Positions 1 to 8,358 of a stretch of DNA of 64,000 nt are shown one piece after another. The position numbers and the translations under genes are program-made. Where the stretch lies: the IMG/VR virus record IMGVR_UViG_3300045988_156843. One strand, written 5' to 3'. Below the pieces are notes generated by a model. That model was not told the origin of the DNA. It saw only the letters and a list, made by a program, of their open reading frames with translations, and searched no databases. This DNA comes from a virus. Positions within the stretch are counted from its first letter, which is position 1; every line of letters begins with the position of its first letter.

Positions 1-330
1 GAAGCAGAAGCACGTATTATCGAGGAGATGACTCCATTTATAACAGGAGAATTTAAAGTGAGTGCTACTAAACAAACTAAATATTCAGAAGTAGTGCCTA
101 GTCAACAAGAAGTCGATGATATTTGGTATAAGGCTAAATTGAATCTCATCACTTTTGATGTAAACAGTGGCAGTGAGAAAAAAAGTCCTACACATATACT
201 TATTCAAGCATGTGACATTCGACAAGCTATTAGTTATATTGATGAACACATGAAAGGAACTATGGCCGACTATGAAATAGAAGCTGTTTCTGATAGTAAA
301 TTAATGGATGTGTATCCGTATGAATCTTAA
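1..330 (+). CDS. DUF4494-like protein, 5' end cut by window edge
   Basis: Frame 1 is open from base 1 (EAEARIIEE precedes the first Met at 28), so the CDS starts upstream of the window. The sequence resembles the Bacteroidota DUF4494 family as I remember it; unverified. Confidence 0.45.
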   Translation, partial: EAEARIIEEMTPFITGEFKVSATKQTKYSEVVPSQQEVDDIWYKAKLNLITFDVNSGSEKKSPTHILIQACDIRQAISYIDEHMKGTMADYEIEAVSDSKLMDVYPYES

Positions 331-341
331 ATATCAATAAA

Positions 342-707
342 ATGGCAAAAAAAGTAGAATCTATAGAAGAATCAACAGACATTTATATAACCGGAGTATG
401 TTGTATATCAAAAATTCCTAAAGATTGTTTTACAAAAAACAACTATGGAACTTCATTCCGGTTTGCTATCGGGAAACGATCTGAATTAGGCAAAAATGGA
501 GAAACGCATTATATGAAATTTTGCGCTTCACAAGAAGAAAAAGCGAGAGGCGTACAAGATATATTCATTGGTAATTTCTGTACAGAATGGATAAGTGATA
601 ATAAATCTCATAATATTTCAACGAAACCACCTGTAAAAGAAAAAACTCAATCACGGACTCATGCTGCTACTACAGATGTAAGCGATGTAGATGATCTCCC
701 CTTTTGA
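342..707 (+). CDS. SSB-like protein with acidic C-terminal tip
   Basis: 121-aa ORF directly upstream of the RecT-like gene. It ends ...TDVSDVDDLPF, like the DDDIPF tip of bacterial SSB. An OB fold cannot be verified by eye. Confidence 0.4.
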   Translation: MAKKVESIEESTDIYITGVCCISKIPKDCFTKNNYGTSFRFAIGKRSELGKNGETHYMKFCASQEEKARGVQDIFIGNFCTEWISDNKSHNISTKPPVKEKTQSRTHAATTDVSDVDDLPF

Positions 708-782
708 ACTTTGGAAGTAATACGCAAATTTAAAGAGAAAGGAATTAATTTAGAAATAGTTGCGTATTCGAAAAATAATTAA

Positions 783-790
783 TATATTTG
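783..790 (+). promoter_or_regulatory. candidate Bacteroidota-type -7 box (TATATTTG)
   Basis: Matches TAnnTTTG, 63 nt upstream of the ATG at 853. No clear -33 TTTG was checked. Confidence 0.25.
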
Positions 791-792
791 TG

Positions 793-826
793 AGACGAAA
801 GAGGACATAAGGTTTTTCTTTCGTCT
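793..826 (+). terminator. stem-loop in leader of RecT-like gene (terminator/attenuator candidate)
   Basis: agacgaaaga (793-802) pairs perfectly with tctttcgtct (817-826), giving a 10-bp stem followed by a T-rich run. Confidence 0.3.
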
Positions 827-852
827 TTCTTCAATTATTAAACAACAATTAT

Positions 853-1713
853 ATGGCAGATAAAAAAAATGAAGTTGCAAAAACAGATGTTGGGCAACAA
901 GTCATTAACAGAATTGATCAATTGTGTCAAATAGGATTTAACATGCCTAATGATTACAATTATGTAAATGCTATCAAAGGAGCCATGCTGATGCTTCCTG
1001 AGATTAAAGATAAATCAGGGAAAAGTGCATTGGAAATATGTAAGAATAACAATAGTATTCAAAGTGCTCTCTTTAAGATGGCTACAAAGGGGCTAGATGT
1101 CTCAAAGAAACAGGGATATTTGATACTCCGTGGAGATAAACTTTGTTTTGAAGAAAGTTATTTTGGAGTATGTTTGCAGGCTAGACGTATTTCTAAACAT
1201 TATGAACCTATTGCAAACATCATTTATAAAGGAGATACTTTTAAATTTGAAGTAGATCCTGCTACTGGAAGAAAACGTATTATTGAACATACTCAAACTC
1301 TTGAATCTATTGATGGAGAAATGCTTGGCGCTTATGCTATGGTAACAAACGATAAAGGTGAGACAGATATTGAAATCATGTCTATTGCACAAATTCGTAA
1401 ATCATGGAGTAAAAGTTCATCTCAGCAGCAGCTTGTGCATAAGGAATTCCCGGATCAAATGGCTAAAAGAACTGTAATTAAAAGGGCGGCAAAAATGTTG
1501 ATTAATTCATCATTAGGTGATAATGCTTCTATTAATGATGACTTAGAAGATGCGAGTGCTATTTTAGATGCATCTAAACAAATAGATCAACCATTCGTTG
1601 AATATGAGGAAATCGTGGAAGAAGAAACACCTTCTTCTCCAATCAATGAATATGCTGATGTACAACAATCGGAATCTGCAACATCTCAAACTCCTGATGA
1701 TGAAAATTTTTAA
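853..1713 (+). CDS. recT: RecT-family single-strand annealing protein
   Basis: 286 aa with a RecT-like core (QSALFKMATKGLDVSKKQGYLILRG ... QMAKRTVIKRAAKML) and an acidic C-terminal tail. It is clustered with SSB-like, MBL-fold and RuvC-like genes. Confidence 0.65.
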   Translation: MADKKNEVAKTDVGQQVINRIDQLCQIGFNMPNDYNYVNAIKGAMLMLPEIKDKSGKSALEICKNNNSIQSALFKMATKGLDVSKKQGYLILRGDKLCFEESYFGVCLQARRISKHYEPIANIIYKGDTFKFEVDPATGRKRIIEHTQTLESIDGEMLGAYAMVTNDKGETDIEIMSIAQIRKSWSKSSSQQQLVHKEFPDQMAKRTVIKRAAKMLINSSLGDNASINDDLEDASAILDASKQIDQPFVEYEEIVEEETPSSPINEYADVQQSESATSQTPDDENF

Positions 1714-1799
1714 TCATGGATGATGACTTTGATTCCTCTTGGGAAGAAATGAGTCCTGATTGGATAGATTGTGGAGATTTTTAGTAAATAAATCAATTT

Positions 1800-1847
1800 A
1801 GTCCCATTTTGTTTAGGTAGTAATACCTATTCGGATGGGACTTTTTA
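1800..1847 (+). terminator. rho-independent terminator candidate
   Basis: agtcccat (1800-1807) pairs with atgggact (1835-1842), with an inner aggta/tacct stem, followed by TTTTT. Confidence 0.45.
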
Positions 1848-1857
1848 AATTAAGACT

Positions 1858-2136
1858 ATGGCAGGAAAGAATGACAAATGGTTAATGTTTCGTAACTACA
1901 TGATTAATGAACTTGGTATTACGAAAGAAGATATTAGAGAATGGATTCAAGATGCAGTTAGAATAGAAGCTAAAAAGATGGCGGAAGATACTTTTGCAAG
2001 GGAAAACCCTGAACAAATGATTAGGCGTATAGTTTATGATTCCGGTTATTTTAACACTAATAGTTTCAATAGGACTGTTATTGAAACAGCAGCTAAAGCT
2101 TTAGTGGATAGATTTGATGTTGTACTAAAAAAATAA
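1858..2136 (+). CDS. hypothetical protein
   Basis: ATG-started ORF in a same-strand gene array; no motif recognised. Confidence 0.5.
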   Translation: MAGKNDKWLMFRNYMINELGITKEDIREWIQDAVRIEAKKMAEDTFARENPEQMIRRIVYDSGYFNTNSFNRTVIETAAKALVDRFDVVLKK

Positions 2137-2145
2137 TGGGAAATT

Positions 2146-2400
2146 ATGGAAAAGAAAGAAGAATTATTGGAAAGATTAGTGAATGAATTTGCAGCGTACA
2201 ACAGATTAACTGCTGTTAGAATTGCAAAAGAGAATTTATTTTCTTGGGGAAAATCAGATGAAGAGATAGTGAAAGAGATGAAATCTTCATCAGAAAGAAT
2301 CCTTAAATGGGGATATTCAACCGATGAAGATTTTCCTCTTGATCCACCGAAAACAACAACTGTAAAGATTACATCATGCTCAAAAAACTTGCTTGAGTAA
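2146..2400 (+). CDS. hypothetical protein
   Basis: ATG-started ORF 9 nt after the previous stop; no motif recognised. Confidence 0.5.
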   Translation: MEKKEELLERLVNEFAAYNRLTAVRIAKENLFSWGKSDEEIVKEMKSSSERILKWGYSTDEDFPLDPPKTTTVKITSCSKNLLE

Positions 2401-2434
2401 TGTTTCCTTATTAAATATCTAAAATTGAATAACC

Positions 2435-2737
2435 ATGACACCAAGAGCATTGCTAACAGAACTGAAAGCCTTAGATAATGATATATATTATCAGATGGGT
2501 AGATATAAACAATATACTATTGATTTTATAAATGATTTATGTGAAGAATTAGAAGAATTTATAGAAGGAAACTTAGGAGTACTGGATTTTTCTGAATTAA
2601 AAGGAAGTTTAAATTATCATATCTCTTCCGTAATGGAAATATGTGATAAGGAATTATTGGATTATGAAATATTTAAAAAAGCATACTCAATTATAAACAA
2701 AGAAACATATGATAACGGAGGTAAAAATACAAAATGA
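2435..2737 (+). CDS. hypothetical protein
   Basis: ATG-started ORF in a same-strand array; no motif recognised. Confidence 0.5.
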   Translation: MTPRALLTELKALDNDIYYQMGRYKQYTIDFINDLCEELEEFIEGNLGVLDFSELKGSLNYHISSVMEICDKELLDYEIFKKAYSIINKETYDNGGKNTK

Positions 2738-2876
2738 CATTGAAGATTTGTTTAATAATCTTAGCCCTGCGGAAAAGGCTAAATTTTGTGATATAGCCTT
2801 AGACTGGATGGATGATGCAGAAATATTTGAAGTGTTAGACAAGAGGAATCCGAATTGGAGCGATTTTGGTCGGTAA
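2709..2876 (+). CDS. small hypothetical protein (55 aa, below ORF-track cutoff)
   Basis: Hand translation from ATG 2709 gives MITEVKIQNDIEDLFNNLSPAEKAKFCDIALDWMDDAEIFEVLDKRNPNWSDFGR*. It fills an otherwise empty 150-nt gap and has protein-like composition. Confidence 0.35.
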   Translation: MITEVKIQNDIEDLFNNLSPAEKAKFCDIALDWMDDAEIFEVLDKRNPNWSDFGR

Positions 2877-2888
2877 AAAAAGAATAAA

Positions 2889-3605
2889 ATGGATCGAATA
2901 ATTATTTTAGGTAGTAGTAGTAAGGGGAATTGCTATTTACTTGAATGTGATGGAAAATTTCTTATTATAGAAGCTGGAGTAAATTTCGTAAAGTGTGTTC
3001 TTCCGGCAGTAGATTATCATGCTGAAAAAATTGCTGCTTGTATATCTACACATCGCCATACAGATCATTCTATGCATCTTCCTGAAATAGTTAGAAGAGC
3101 TATTCCTGTTTATAGCCATCCGGATGTGGCAGAATTATATAAAGGAGTAATCCCATTACATGCTAATCGGAAATACCGAATTGGGAAGTTTATGGTTACT
3201 CCTATACCAGTTGAACATTCGGTTCCCTGTTATGCTTATTTAATAGAGCATAAAAATATAGGTAAGCTATTGTTTGCAACTGACCTTCAATATTTTAAAT
3301 ATCGAATAAAAGATCTTGATCATCTGTTTATTGAAGCTAATTATGGCAATGATATATTAGATGATAATGCAGGAGAAGATAAATGGAGTAGTAGTGCATA
3401 TAAATCCCATTTGGAAATACATCAAACTATAGATATTATAAAACATAATATTTCTTCAAAATTAAAAACAATTTGCTTGCTTCATCTAAGTGATGATAAT
3501 AGTAATAGTAATCTTTTTAAAAAAATGGTATGGGATGAGATCGGAAGAATATGTTATATAGCTGAAAAAGGATTAGAAATAGAATTAAATAAGGAGGAGT
3601 TTTAA
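2889..3605 (+). CDS. metallo-beta-lactamase-fold hydrolase (probable nuclease partner of RecT)
   Basis: Contains the HRHTDHS motif (HxHxDH) after an N-terminal beta-strand segment (IIILGSSSKGNCYLLE). Length 238 aa. Confidence 0.75.
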   Translation: MDRIIILGSSSKGNCYLLECDGKFLIIEAGVNFVKCVLPAVDYHAEKIAACISTHRHTDHSMHLPEIVRRAIPVYSHPDVAELYKGVIPLHANRKYRIGKFMVTPIPVEHSVPCYAYLIEHKNIGKLLFATDLQYFKYRIKDLDHLFIEANYGNDILDDNAGEDKWSSSAYKSHLEIHQTIDIIKHNISSKLKTICLLHLSDDNSNSNLFKKMVWDEIGRICYIAEKGLEIELNKEEF

Positions 3606-3838
3606 TGATTAAACCTAAATGTTGGAAATTGTGTGATTATCTGCAATCCATTTATGAATGGACGCAGGAAAATGAAAATAAGAATCCTATTTTTTATTAT
3701 TTTCCAATAACGCAATTGGATATTGGGAACCAAATGGAATTAGTTAAATGGGCATTTGAAAAAAATATTCCAGTAGTTGATTTATTATGGATGATGTTAG
3801 AAAATAAAAAGAAGCAAAATTATGGAAACGAAAAATGA
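3605..3838 (+). CDS. hypothetical protein
   Basis: ATG overlaps the previous stop (TAATG), with AAGGAGGAG upstream; no motif recognised. Confidence 0.5.
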   Translation: MIKPKCWKLCDYLQSIYEWTQENENKNPIFYYFPITQLDIGNQMELVKWAFEKNIPVVDLLWMMLENKKKQNYGNEK

Positions 3839-4749
3839 AAAAAGAACAAGACGTAAAATCAATAGCTTTTGATTTTGAGTTAAGCGTTTCGAAGAAAGAA
3901 TTTGATAAACTTTTTCGGAAAATGGCTCATATTAAAGCAGAAGAGGAATCTCTTAACGAAGAAACTGATAAAAAGAATAAAAATAAAATTATGGAAAATA
4001 AATGTTATATAGGGAAAACTTTTAATAGATTAACTATTCTATCTTATAAAGAGCCTAGATTGTATAAAAGGAAAAATGGGGTAATAGAAAATATTAAAAG
4101 AGTGGAATGTAAATGCTCTTGTGGAAAAATAGTATTAGTTGATTTAAAATCAGTAATATATGGGAATACGAAAAGTTGTGGATGCTCATCAAAAAAACTA
4201 ATATTTAATAATGGGATAAATGATTACGATGATATTACATACAGAAATGGTAGAGATATTAAAAGCTACTCTGTTTGGCATAGTATGCTACAAAGATGTT
4301 ATGATGACAAATATCATATAAAGCATCCTTCTTATGAAGGTTGTACAGTTTGTGACGAATGGCTTTACTTTTCCAACTTTAAAAAGTGGTTTGATGAAAA
4401 TTATATTGAAGGTACACAACTAGATAAGGATATATTTTCAAAAAACAAAGTCTATTCTCCTGGAACTTGTTGTTTTGTACCAAGAGAAATTAATATATTA
4501 ATGTCACAAATAGAACGTTTTAATAATGGAATTATAGGTGTGCATTACGATAAAATAAATGGGAAATATAAATCTGTTTTTAGGAATAAAACACTTGGAA
4601 GGTACAATTCTAAAGAAGAAGCGAGTTTTGCTTATGTGAAAGCTAAAAAAAGATATATTAAAGAGAGAGTAATGTATTTCCTTTCAATAGGAAAGATAGA
4701 TAAACGTATAAGTGATAAAATAATCAAAAAATATTGTGAAAATGAATAA
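3835..4749 (+). CDS. zinc-ribbon plus AP2-like DNA-binding protein (homing-endonuclease-associated architecture, no nuclease motif seen)
   Basis: Has FNRLTILS...CKCSCGK...TKSCGCS cysteine clusters and a C-terminal AP2-like segment (IIGVHYDKINGKYKSVFRNKTLGRYNSKEEASFAYVKAKK). Confidence 0.45.
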   Translation: MKKEQDVKSIAFDFELSVSKKEFDKLFRKMAHIKAEEESLNEETDKKNKNKIMENKCYIGKTFNRLTILSYKEPRLYKRKNGVIENIKRVECKCSCGKIVLVDLKSVIYGNTKSCGCSSKKLIFNNGINDYDDITYRNGRDIKSYSVWHSMLQRCYDDKYHIKHPSYEGCTVCDEWLYFSNFKKWFDENYIEGTQLDKDIFSKNKVYSPGTCCFVPREINILMSQIERFNNGIIGVHYDKINGKYKSVFRNKTLGRYNSKEEASFAYVKAKKRYIKERVMYFLSIGKIDKRISDKIIKKYCENE

Positions 4750-5233
4750 AATATATTGCGGTTTAGATAATGGTGTAAGTGGAAGTATTGGATTTGTTGG
4801 AGAGGATATTTATCCTTTTTTTGTAAAAACACCAACAAAACAAGAACAGGACTATACAAAATCTAAGAAAAATATCACTCGTCTTGATTATAGTGCATTC
4901 ATGAATCTATTTAGTTCTTACAATAGGAATGATATTGTTGTATTAATGGAAAGACCTTTGGTAAATCCGAGCAAATTTACCGCAACAACATCTGCGCTAA
5001 GATGCCATGAAGCAGAATTAATTATGATTGAAACTATGGGTCTTAAATATATGTTCATTGATAGTAAAGAGTGGCAAAAAGAATTGCTGCCTAAAGGAAT
5101 TGTCGGAAGTGAAGAACAAAAGAAAGCCTCATTAGATATAGGTAATAGGCTATTTCCTATGTTTAATGACTTCAAACACCCAGATAGAGATGGAATATTA
5201 ATAGCAGAATATGGAAGAAGAAAAAATTTATAA
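4742..5233 (+). CDS. RuvC-like Holliday junction resolvase
   Basis: Has an N-terminal CGLDNGVSGS acidic motif, MERP, and C-terminal DRDGILIAEYG, the RNase H-like resolvase pattern. The ORF-track start at 4736 is GTG; the first ATG is at 4742. Confidence 0.55.
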   Translation: MNKIYCGLDNGVSGSIGFVGEDIYPFFVKTPTKQEQDYTKSKKNITRLDYSAFMNLFSSYNRNDIVVLMERPLVNPSKFTATTSALRCHEAELIMIETMGLKYMFIDSKEWQKELLPKGIVGSEEQKKASLDIGNRLFPMFNDFKHPDRDGILIAEYGRRKNL

Positions 5234-5468
5234 ATTTGAAATGATGGAAAAAGAGAAAATTAGATATTTTATGGTTAATTACATGTGCAATAGGAATGCT
5301 AAAACCATTTATGGAAGAAACCTATTAAAAATTACGGGTGCTTTGAATACATCTGATATTGAGAGACGATGTGCTGCTGCTAATAAAGTCGAAAAATGTA
5401 TAATAACAAATATATATCAGATGACAAAAGAAGACTTTGAAGCAAGTAGTATGGAGGCTAAAGAATGA
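5211..5468 (+). CDS. hypothetical protein
   Basis: ORF in a same-strand array; no motif recognised. Confidence 0.45.
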   Translation: MEEEKIYKFEMMEKEKIRYFMVNYMCNRNAKTIYGRNLLKITGALNTSDIERRCAAANKVEKCIITNIYQMTKEDFEASSMEAKE

Positions 5469-5707
5469 AAGAATTAATAATGTCAATCATAGCATTCATC
5501 ATAATAGCTGTCTTTGTTGGGCATTTGGAGATTAATTTATCTCCATTTAGCATCAAATTACCAATGTGGCATAGAGTGATATGTATGATCTTACTTATTA
5601 TTACATATATATTATGGAATTTCGGAGAAAGGAAAGATGCCTATTCAAAAGGATTGCAAAAAGGTATGGAAATAAATTTGGAACAAATTAAAGAAAAAAG
5701 GAAATGA
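5465..5707 (+). CDS. small membrane protein
   Basis: Two hydrophobic stretches (IMSIIAFIIIAVFVGHL and VICMILLIITYILW). Start overlaps the previous stop. Confidence 0.5.
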   Translation: MKELIMSIIAFIIIAVFVGHLEINLSPFSIKLPMWHRVICMILLIITYILWNFGERKDAYSKGLQKGMEINLEQIKEKRK

Positions 5708-5937
5708 CAGAAATTGACTTTCTAAACAATAAAAGATTGCAACTATTAAATATTGCGTTCAAAATGCAAAATTTATACGGTCATGATCATGATATAACAA
5801 ACGAGGCTTATAATAACATTAAATCATTCGAAAATGAATGTTCGCATATGTTTGAGGTATATTTCGATTCAGACTTGGCTTCATTTGCATACTTAAAAGA
5901 AGAAGAAGAAGTAGAACAAAAAGAAAATAAAAACTAG
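5704..5937 (+). CDS. hypothetical protein
   Basis: Overlapping ATGA junction with the upstream ORF; no motif recognised. Confidence 0.5.
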   Translation: MTEIDFLNNKRLQLLNIAFKMQNLYGHDHDITNEAYNNIKSFENECSHMFEVYFDSDLASFAYLKEEEEVEQKENKN

Positions 5938-5942
5938 AATAA

Positions 5943-6206
5943 ATGAAAGATAGTATTTATATTTTAGAAGGATTAGCTACACATTATCCTTCTGATGCCT
6001 ACCCTATTACAGTGGAAAAAAAGCAATGGATAGGTATAGGAGAAGTTGGTAAAGAGAAACTCAAAAAAATAATGAATGAAGTTTCAAAAGTATGGGAGAA
6101 AGTATATACTGAATCAGATGTTAATATATATTTTGCTATATATACAACCACTGAGATTAATGGATTAATCTATAAGAATGAACCAATCGTAAAATTGATT
6201 GTATAA
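5943..6206 (+). CDS. hypothetical protein
   Basis: ORF in a same-strand array; no motif recognised. Confidence 0.5.
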   Translation: MKDSIYILEGLATHYPSDAYPITVEKKQWIGIGEVGKEKLKKIMNEVSKVWEKVYTESDVNIYFAIYTTTEINGLIYKNEPIVKLIV

Positions 6207-6292
6207 ATGGTTTATGAAAGATATATTTGAATTTTTAATATTTCTCGTAGTCATTCTTTGTGTATGTATTTTTTTATTAAAAAAGATAATAG

Positions 6293-6535
6293 ATGGAAAC
6301 TTCTTTGATAAATGAACTTCTTAAGATTACGAAAGAAAATAATGAGATGCTAAAAAAGATAGTTTCTCATATAGAAAATATTAATGAAGATGAGTATAAG
6401 ACTAAACATCTATTGCAAGAATTTATTAATAACGTGGTAGCCGATCTTTTTGCTGATGCATTATTACAGCCAAAAGGGAGAGGACATGTTAGCAGTGATG
6501 ATATAATGAAATTTATCAATGAAATGAAAATGTGA
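6293..6535 (+). CDS. hypothetical protein
   Basis: ORF in a same-strand array; no motif recognised. Confidence 0.5.
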   Translation: METSLINELLKITKENNEMLKKIVSHIENINEDEYKTKHLLQEFINNVVADLFADALLQPKGRGHVSSDDIMKFINEMKM

Positions 6536-7146
6536 TGGCAGATAGAAGTAATTGGGGAGTAAGGTATGGAGAAGCCTTATATAGGATAGAAATTGTTATG
6601 CTTATTATAGAAAGTTTTAAATACTATCAAGAAGTAGAAACTGAAAAGGCTGCAATGAAATATCTTAAATACTCAAAAGATTATAAATCATGCGAACAAG
6701 CGGCAGACATGATAAGAATGTTATTTAACAGAGATGTAAATCCTAGCGAATTAATGCACACAGAGGATGATATATCTAATTCTTTAATTGATAGTTATAT
6801 AAAACTACAAGATTCCCTAAGGTACTTCCCAAGCCCTCGTTATCCTTATGAAAAAGAAGATATATTATCTATTTTAGCTTATTTATATCATCATAATTAT
6901 TGGCTAAGGATGAAATGCTATGATTACAGTATATTCTCATGTAAAGTATTTGATGTATTTCATGGGAAAAGAATGATTCACAGCAGAGGTGTAAAATGGT
7001 TAATTAACGAGAGCAGTGAATATTGTTTATGGAATGGTAAAACAAGGCATGTAGATACTATGGCGTTTAGACACACTTTTCGAGAAATAGAGAAAGCCTT
7101 TAATGAAATAATAGAGAAACGTAGGAAAAGAAAGGAGAAGAAATGA
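6535..7146 (+). CDS. hypothetical protein
   Basis: The ORF-track start at 6532 is GTG. ATG 6535 overlaps the previous stop (TGATG). Basic C-terminus (KRRKRKEKK). Confidence 0.5.
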   Translation: MADRSNWGVRYGEALYRIEIVMLIIESFKYYQEVETEKAAMKYLKYSKDYKSCEQAADMIRMLFNRDVNPSELMHTEDDISNSLIDSYIKLQDSLRYFPSPRYPYEKEDILSILAYLYHHNYWLRMKCYDYSIFSCKVFDVFHGKRMIHSRGVKWLINESSEYCLWNGKTRHVDTMAFRHTFREIEKAFNEIIEKRRKRKEKK

Positions 7147-7583
7147 CTGAACAAGAATTAATAGACTATACTTTATCCTTAATTCCCAAAGAAGAAAAAG
7201 ATAGAGTATTCAGACAAGAATGTTGTGGTATAGATAATAGTTTTATTGGTTTTTTAGAACCGTATTATTATCTATCAAAGATAATACCAAAGAACTATAC
7301 TGTATTCGATTTTGGTGCAGCCTATAACCCTCAATGTTATTTCTTCACTAAACATAAGAAATATATAGCTATATCTCCAATGGAAATAGATGGAAAGGAA
7401 ATGTTTAAAGCTCCAAATTGTGAAATATACAGATGTACAACTGGGTATTTTTTGAATCATTATTATAAAAAAGAGGGGAAACAATTCGCTATTGTGAATA
7501 ATGTTCCTAATTGGTACAAAGAAGATTCAATGAATTTAGCAAAAACGTTTTTTAGAAATTGTTACACCTTTTATACTGAATAG
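7143..7583 (+). CDS. hypothetical protein
   Basis: ATGA overlap with the upstream ORF, with AAGGAGAAG upstream. The weak VFDFGAAYNP stretch is not enough to call a methyltransferase. Confidence 0.5.
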   Translation: MTEQELIDYTLSLIPKEEKDRVFRQECCGIDNSFIGFLEPYYYLSKIIPKNYTVFDFGAAYNPQCYFFTKHKKYIAISPMEIDGKEMFKAPNCEIYRCTTGYFLNHYYKKEGKQFAIVNNVPNWYKEDSMNLAKTFFRNCYTFYTE

Positions 7584-7586
7584 TTT

Positions 7587-7865
7587 ATGACAGGAGAAAA
7601 CTTTTTGGCATTCATCATAGGGATGCTTATCGGATATGCATTAGTTTATATTGGGATTAAGACCAATGAACGCTTGAATGGAGTAAAGAAAAAACTAGAA
7701 AATAAAGAACCTTTAGTCTTTGATGGCGTTGATGATTTTGTTAAATGCGGAGAAAAGGGATTGAAAGCCTACACTGTTATCAAAGGAGAAGGTTTGTCGG
7801 CAGGGAAAGGACATAGCCATATTATTATTTTAGAAAACAAAGTAAATAAAAAAAGAGACGAATAA
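7587..7865 (+). CDS. membrane-anchored small protein
   Basis: N-terminal TM segment (FLAFIIGMLIGYALVYIGI). Last gene before the twin terminators. Confidence 0.5.
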   Translation: MTGENFLAFIIGMLIGYALVYIGIKTNERLNGVKKKLENKEPLVFDGVDDFVKCGEKGLKAYTVIKGEGLSAGKGHSHIIILENKVNKKRDE

Positions 7866-7970
7866 ATTTGGTAGTATGAAATATTATTCGGATATTTGCC
7901 GATGTATTAGAAGTAGTGAGCTAATGCGGACATACAATAGACGTTTTAACGTGATAAAAATATATGCTTA

Positions 7971-8011
7971 AATCCGTACTGTTCTCACTACCTTGACAGT
8001 ACGGATTTTTT
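7971..8011 (+). terminator. rho-independent terminator 1
   Basis: aatccgtactgt (7971-7982) pairs perfectly with acagtacggatt (7996-8007), giving a 12-bp stem followed by TTTT. Confidence 0.7.
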
Positions 8012-8013
8012 AT

Positions 8014-8048
8014 GCCGTATTGGAATATTTCTAATACGGCTTATTTTT
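8014..8048 (+). terminator. rho-independent terminator 2 (tandem)
   Basis: gccgtatt / aatacggc form an 8-bp stem (8014-8040), followed by ttattttt. Confidence 0.6.
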
Positions 8049-8358
8049 GTATCGGCTAGAAACCTCGATTAATAAGTCTTTCGCCAAGAGTAAAGCGCAC
8101 GTTTAGGCAGCAGGGGATTTGGAACAGTAGCGTGCATGTGGTATAGACACATAAGTTCTAAAAGTAGATTCATCTATATTAATAATCTGCCACGATTGAA
8201 GGGAATGATGGCGACAGGAATGTTGTTAGAATTTGGATAACTTCAAGTGTAAATTTGATTTTGGAGAATTTTATTTCTTTCTCTAAAGGGGATTTACACT
8301 CTTTCAGCTAAATTCAAGCTCTTGGAATAGATGTTATTAAGCATATATAAATTGTATT
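8049..8358 (+). other. long untranslated region / candidate structured RNA or leader
   Basis: ~310 nt with no ORF longer than about 34 codons on either strand, and visibly G+C-richer than its flanks. Contains local stems gcacg/cgtgc, atgtg/cacat and gtgtaaat/atttacac. No known RNA family recognised. Confidence 0.25.
8250..8257 (+). promoter_or_regulatory. candidate -7 box (TAAATTTG)
   Basis: Matches TAnnTTTG 100 nt upstream of ATG 8359. A TTTG sits at 8232-8235, but the spacing is shorter than canonical. Confidence 0.2.

Noticed and set aside
7910-7919. 10-mer aagtagtgag shared with the 3' end of tnpB (11440-11449) as possible IS ends
   Set aside because: Flanking sequence is unrelated, and a single shared 10-mer is expected many times by chance in 64 kb.
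7866-8358. tRNA, tmRNA or known riboswitch in the long non-coding region
   Set aside because: No GTTCGAATC-type T-loop or cloverleaf is visible, and I see no match to riboswitch cores I can recall. The first 180 nt are explained by two terminators. The rest is left as an open candidate rather than a call.
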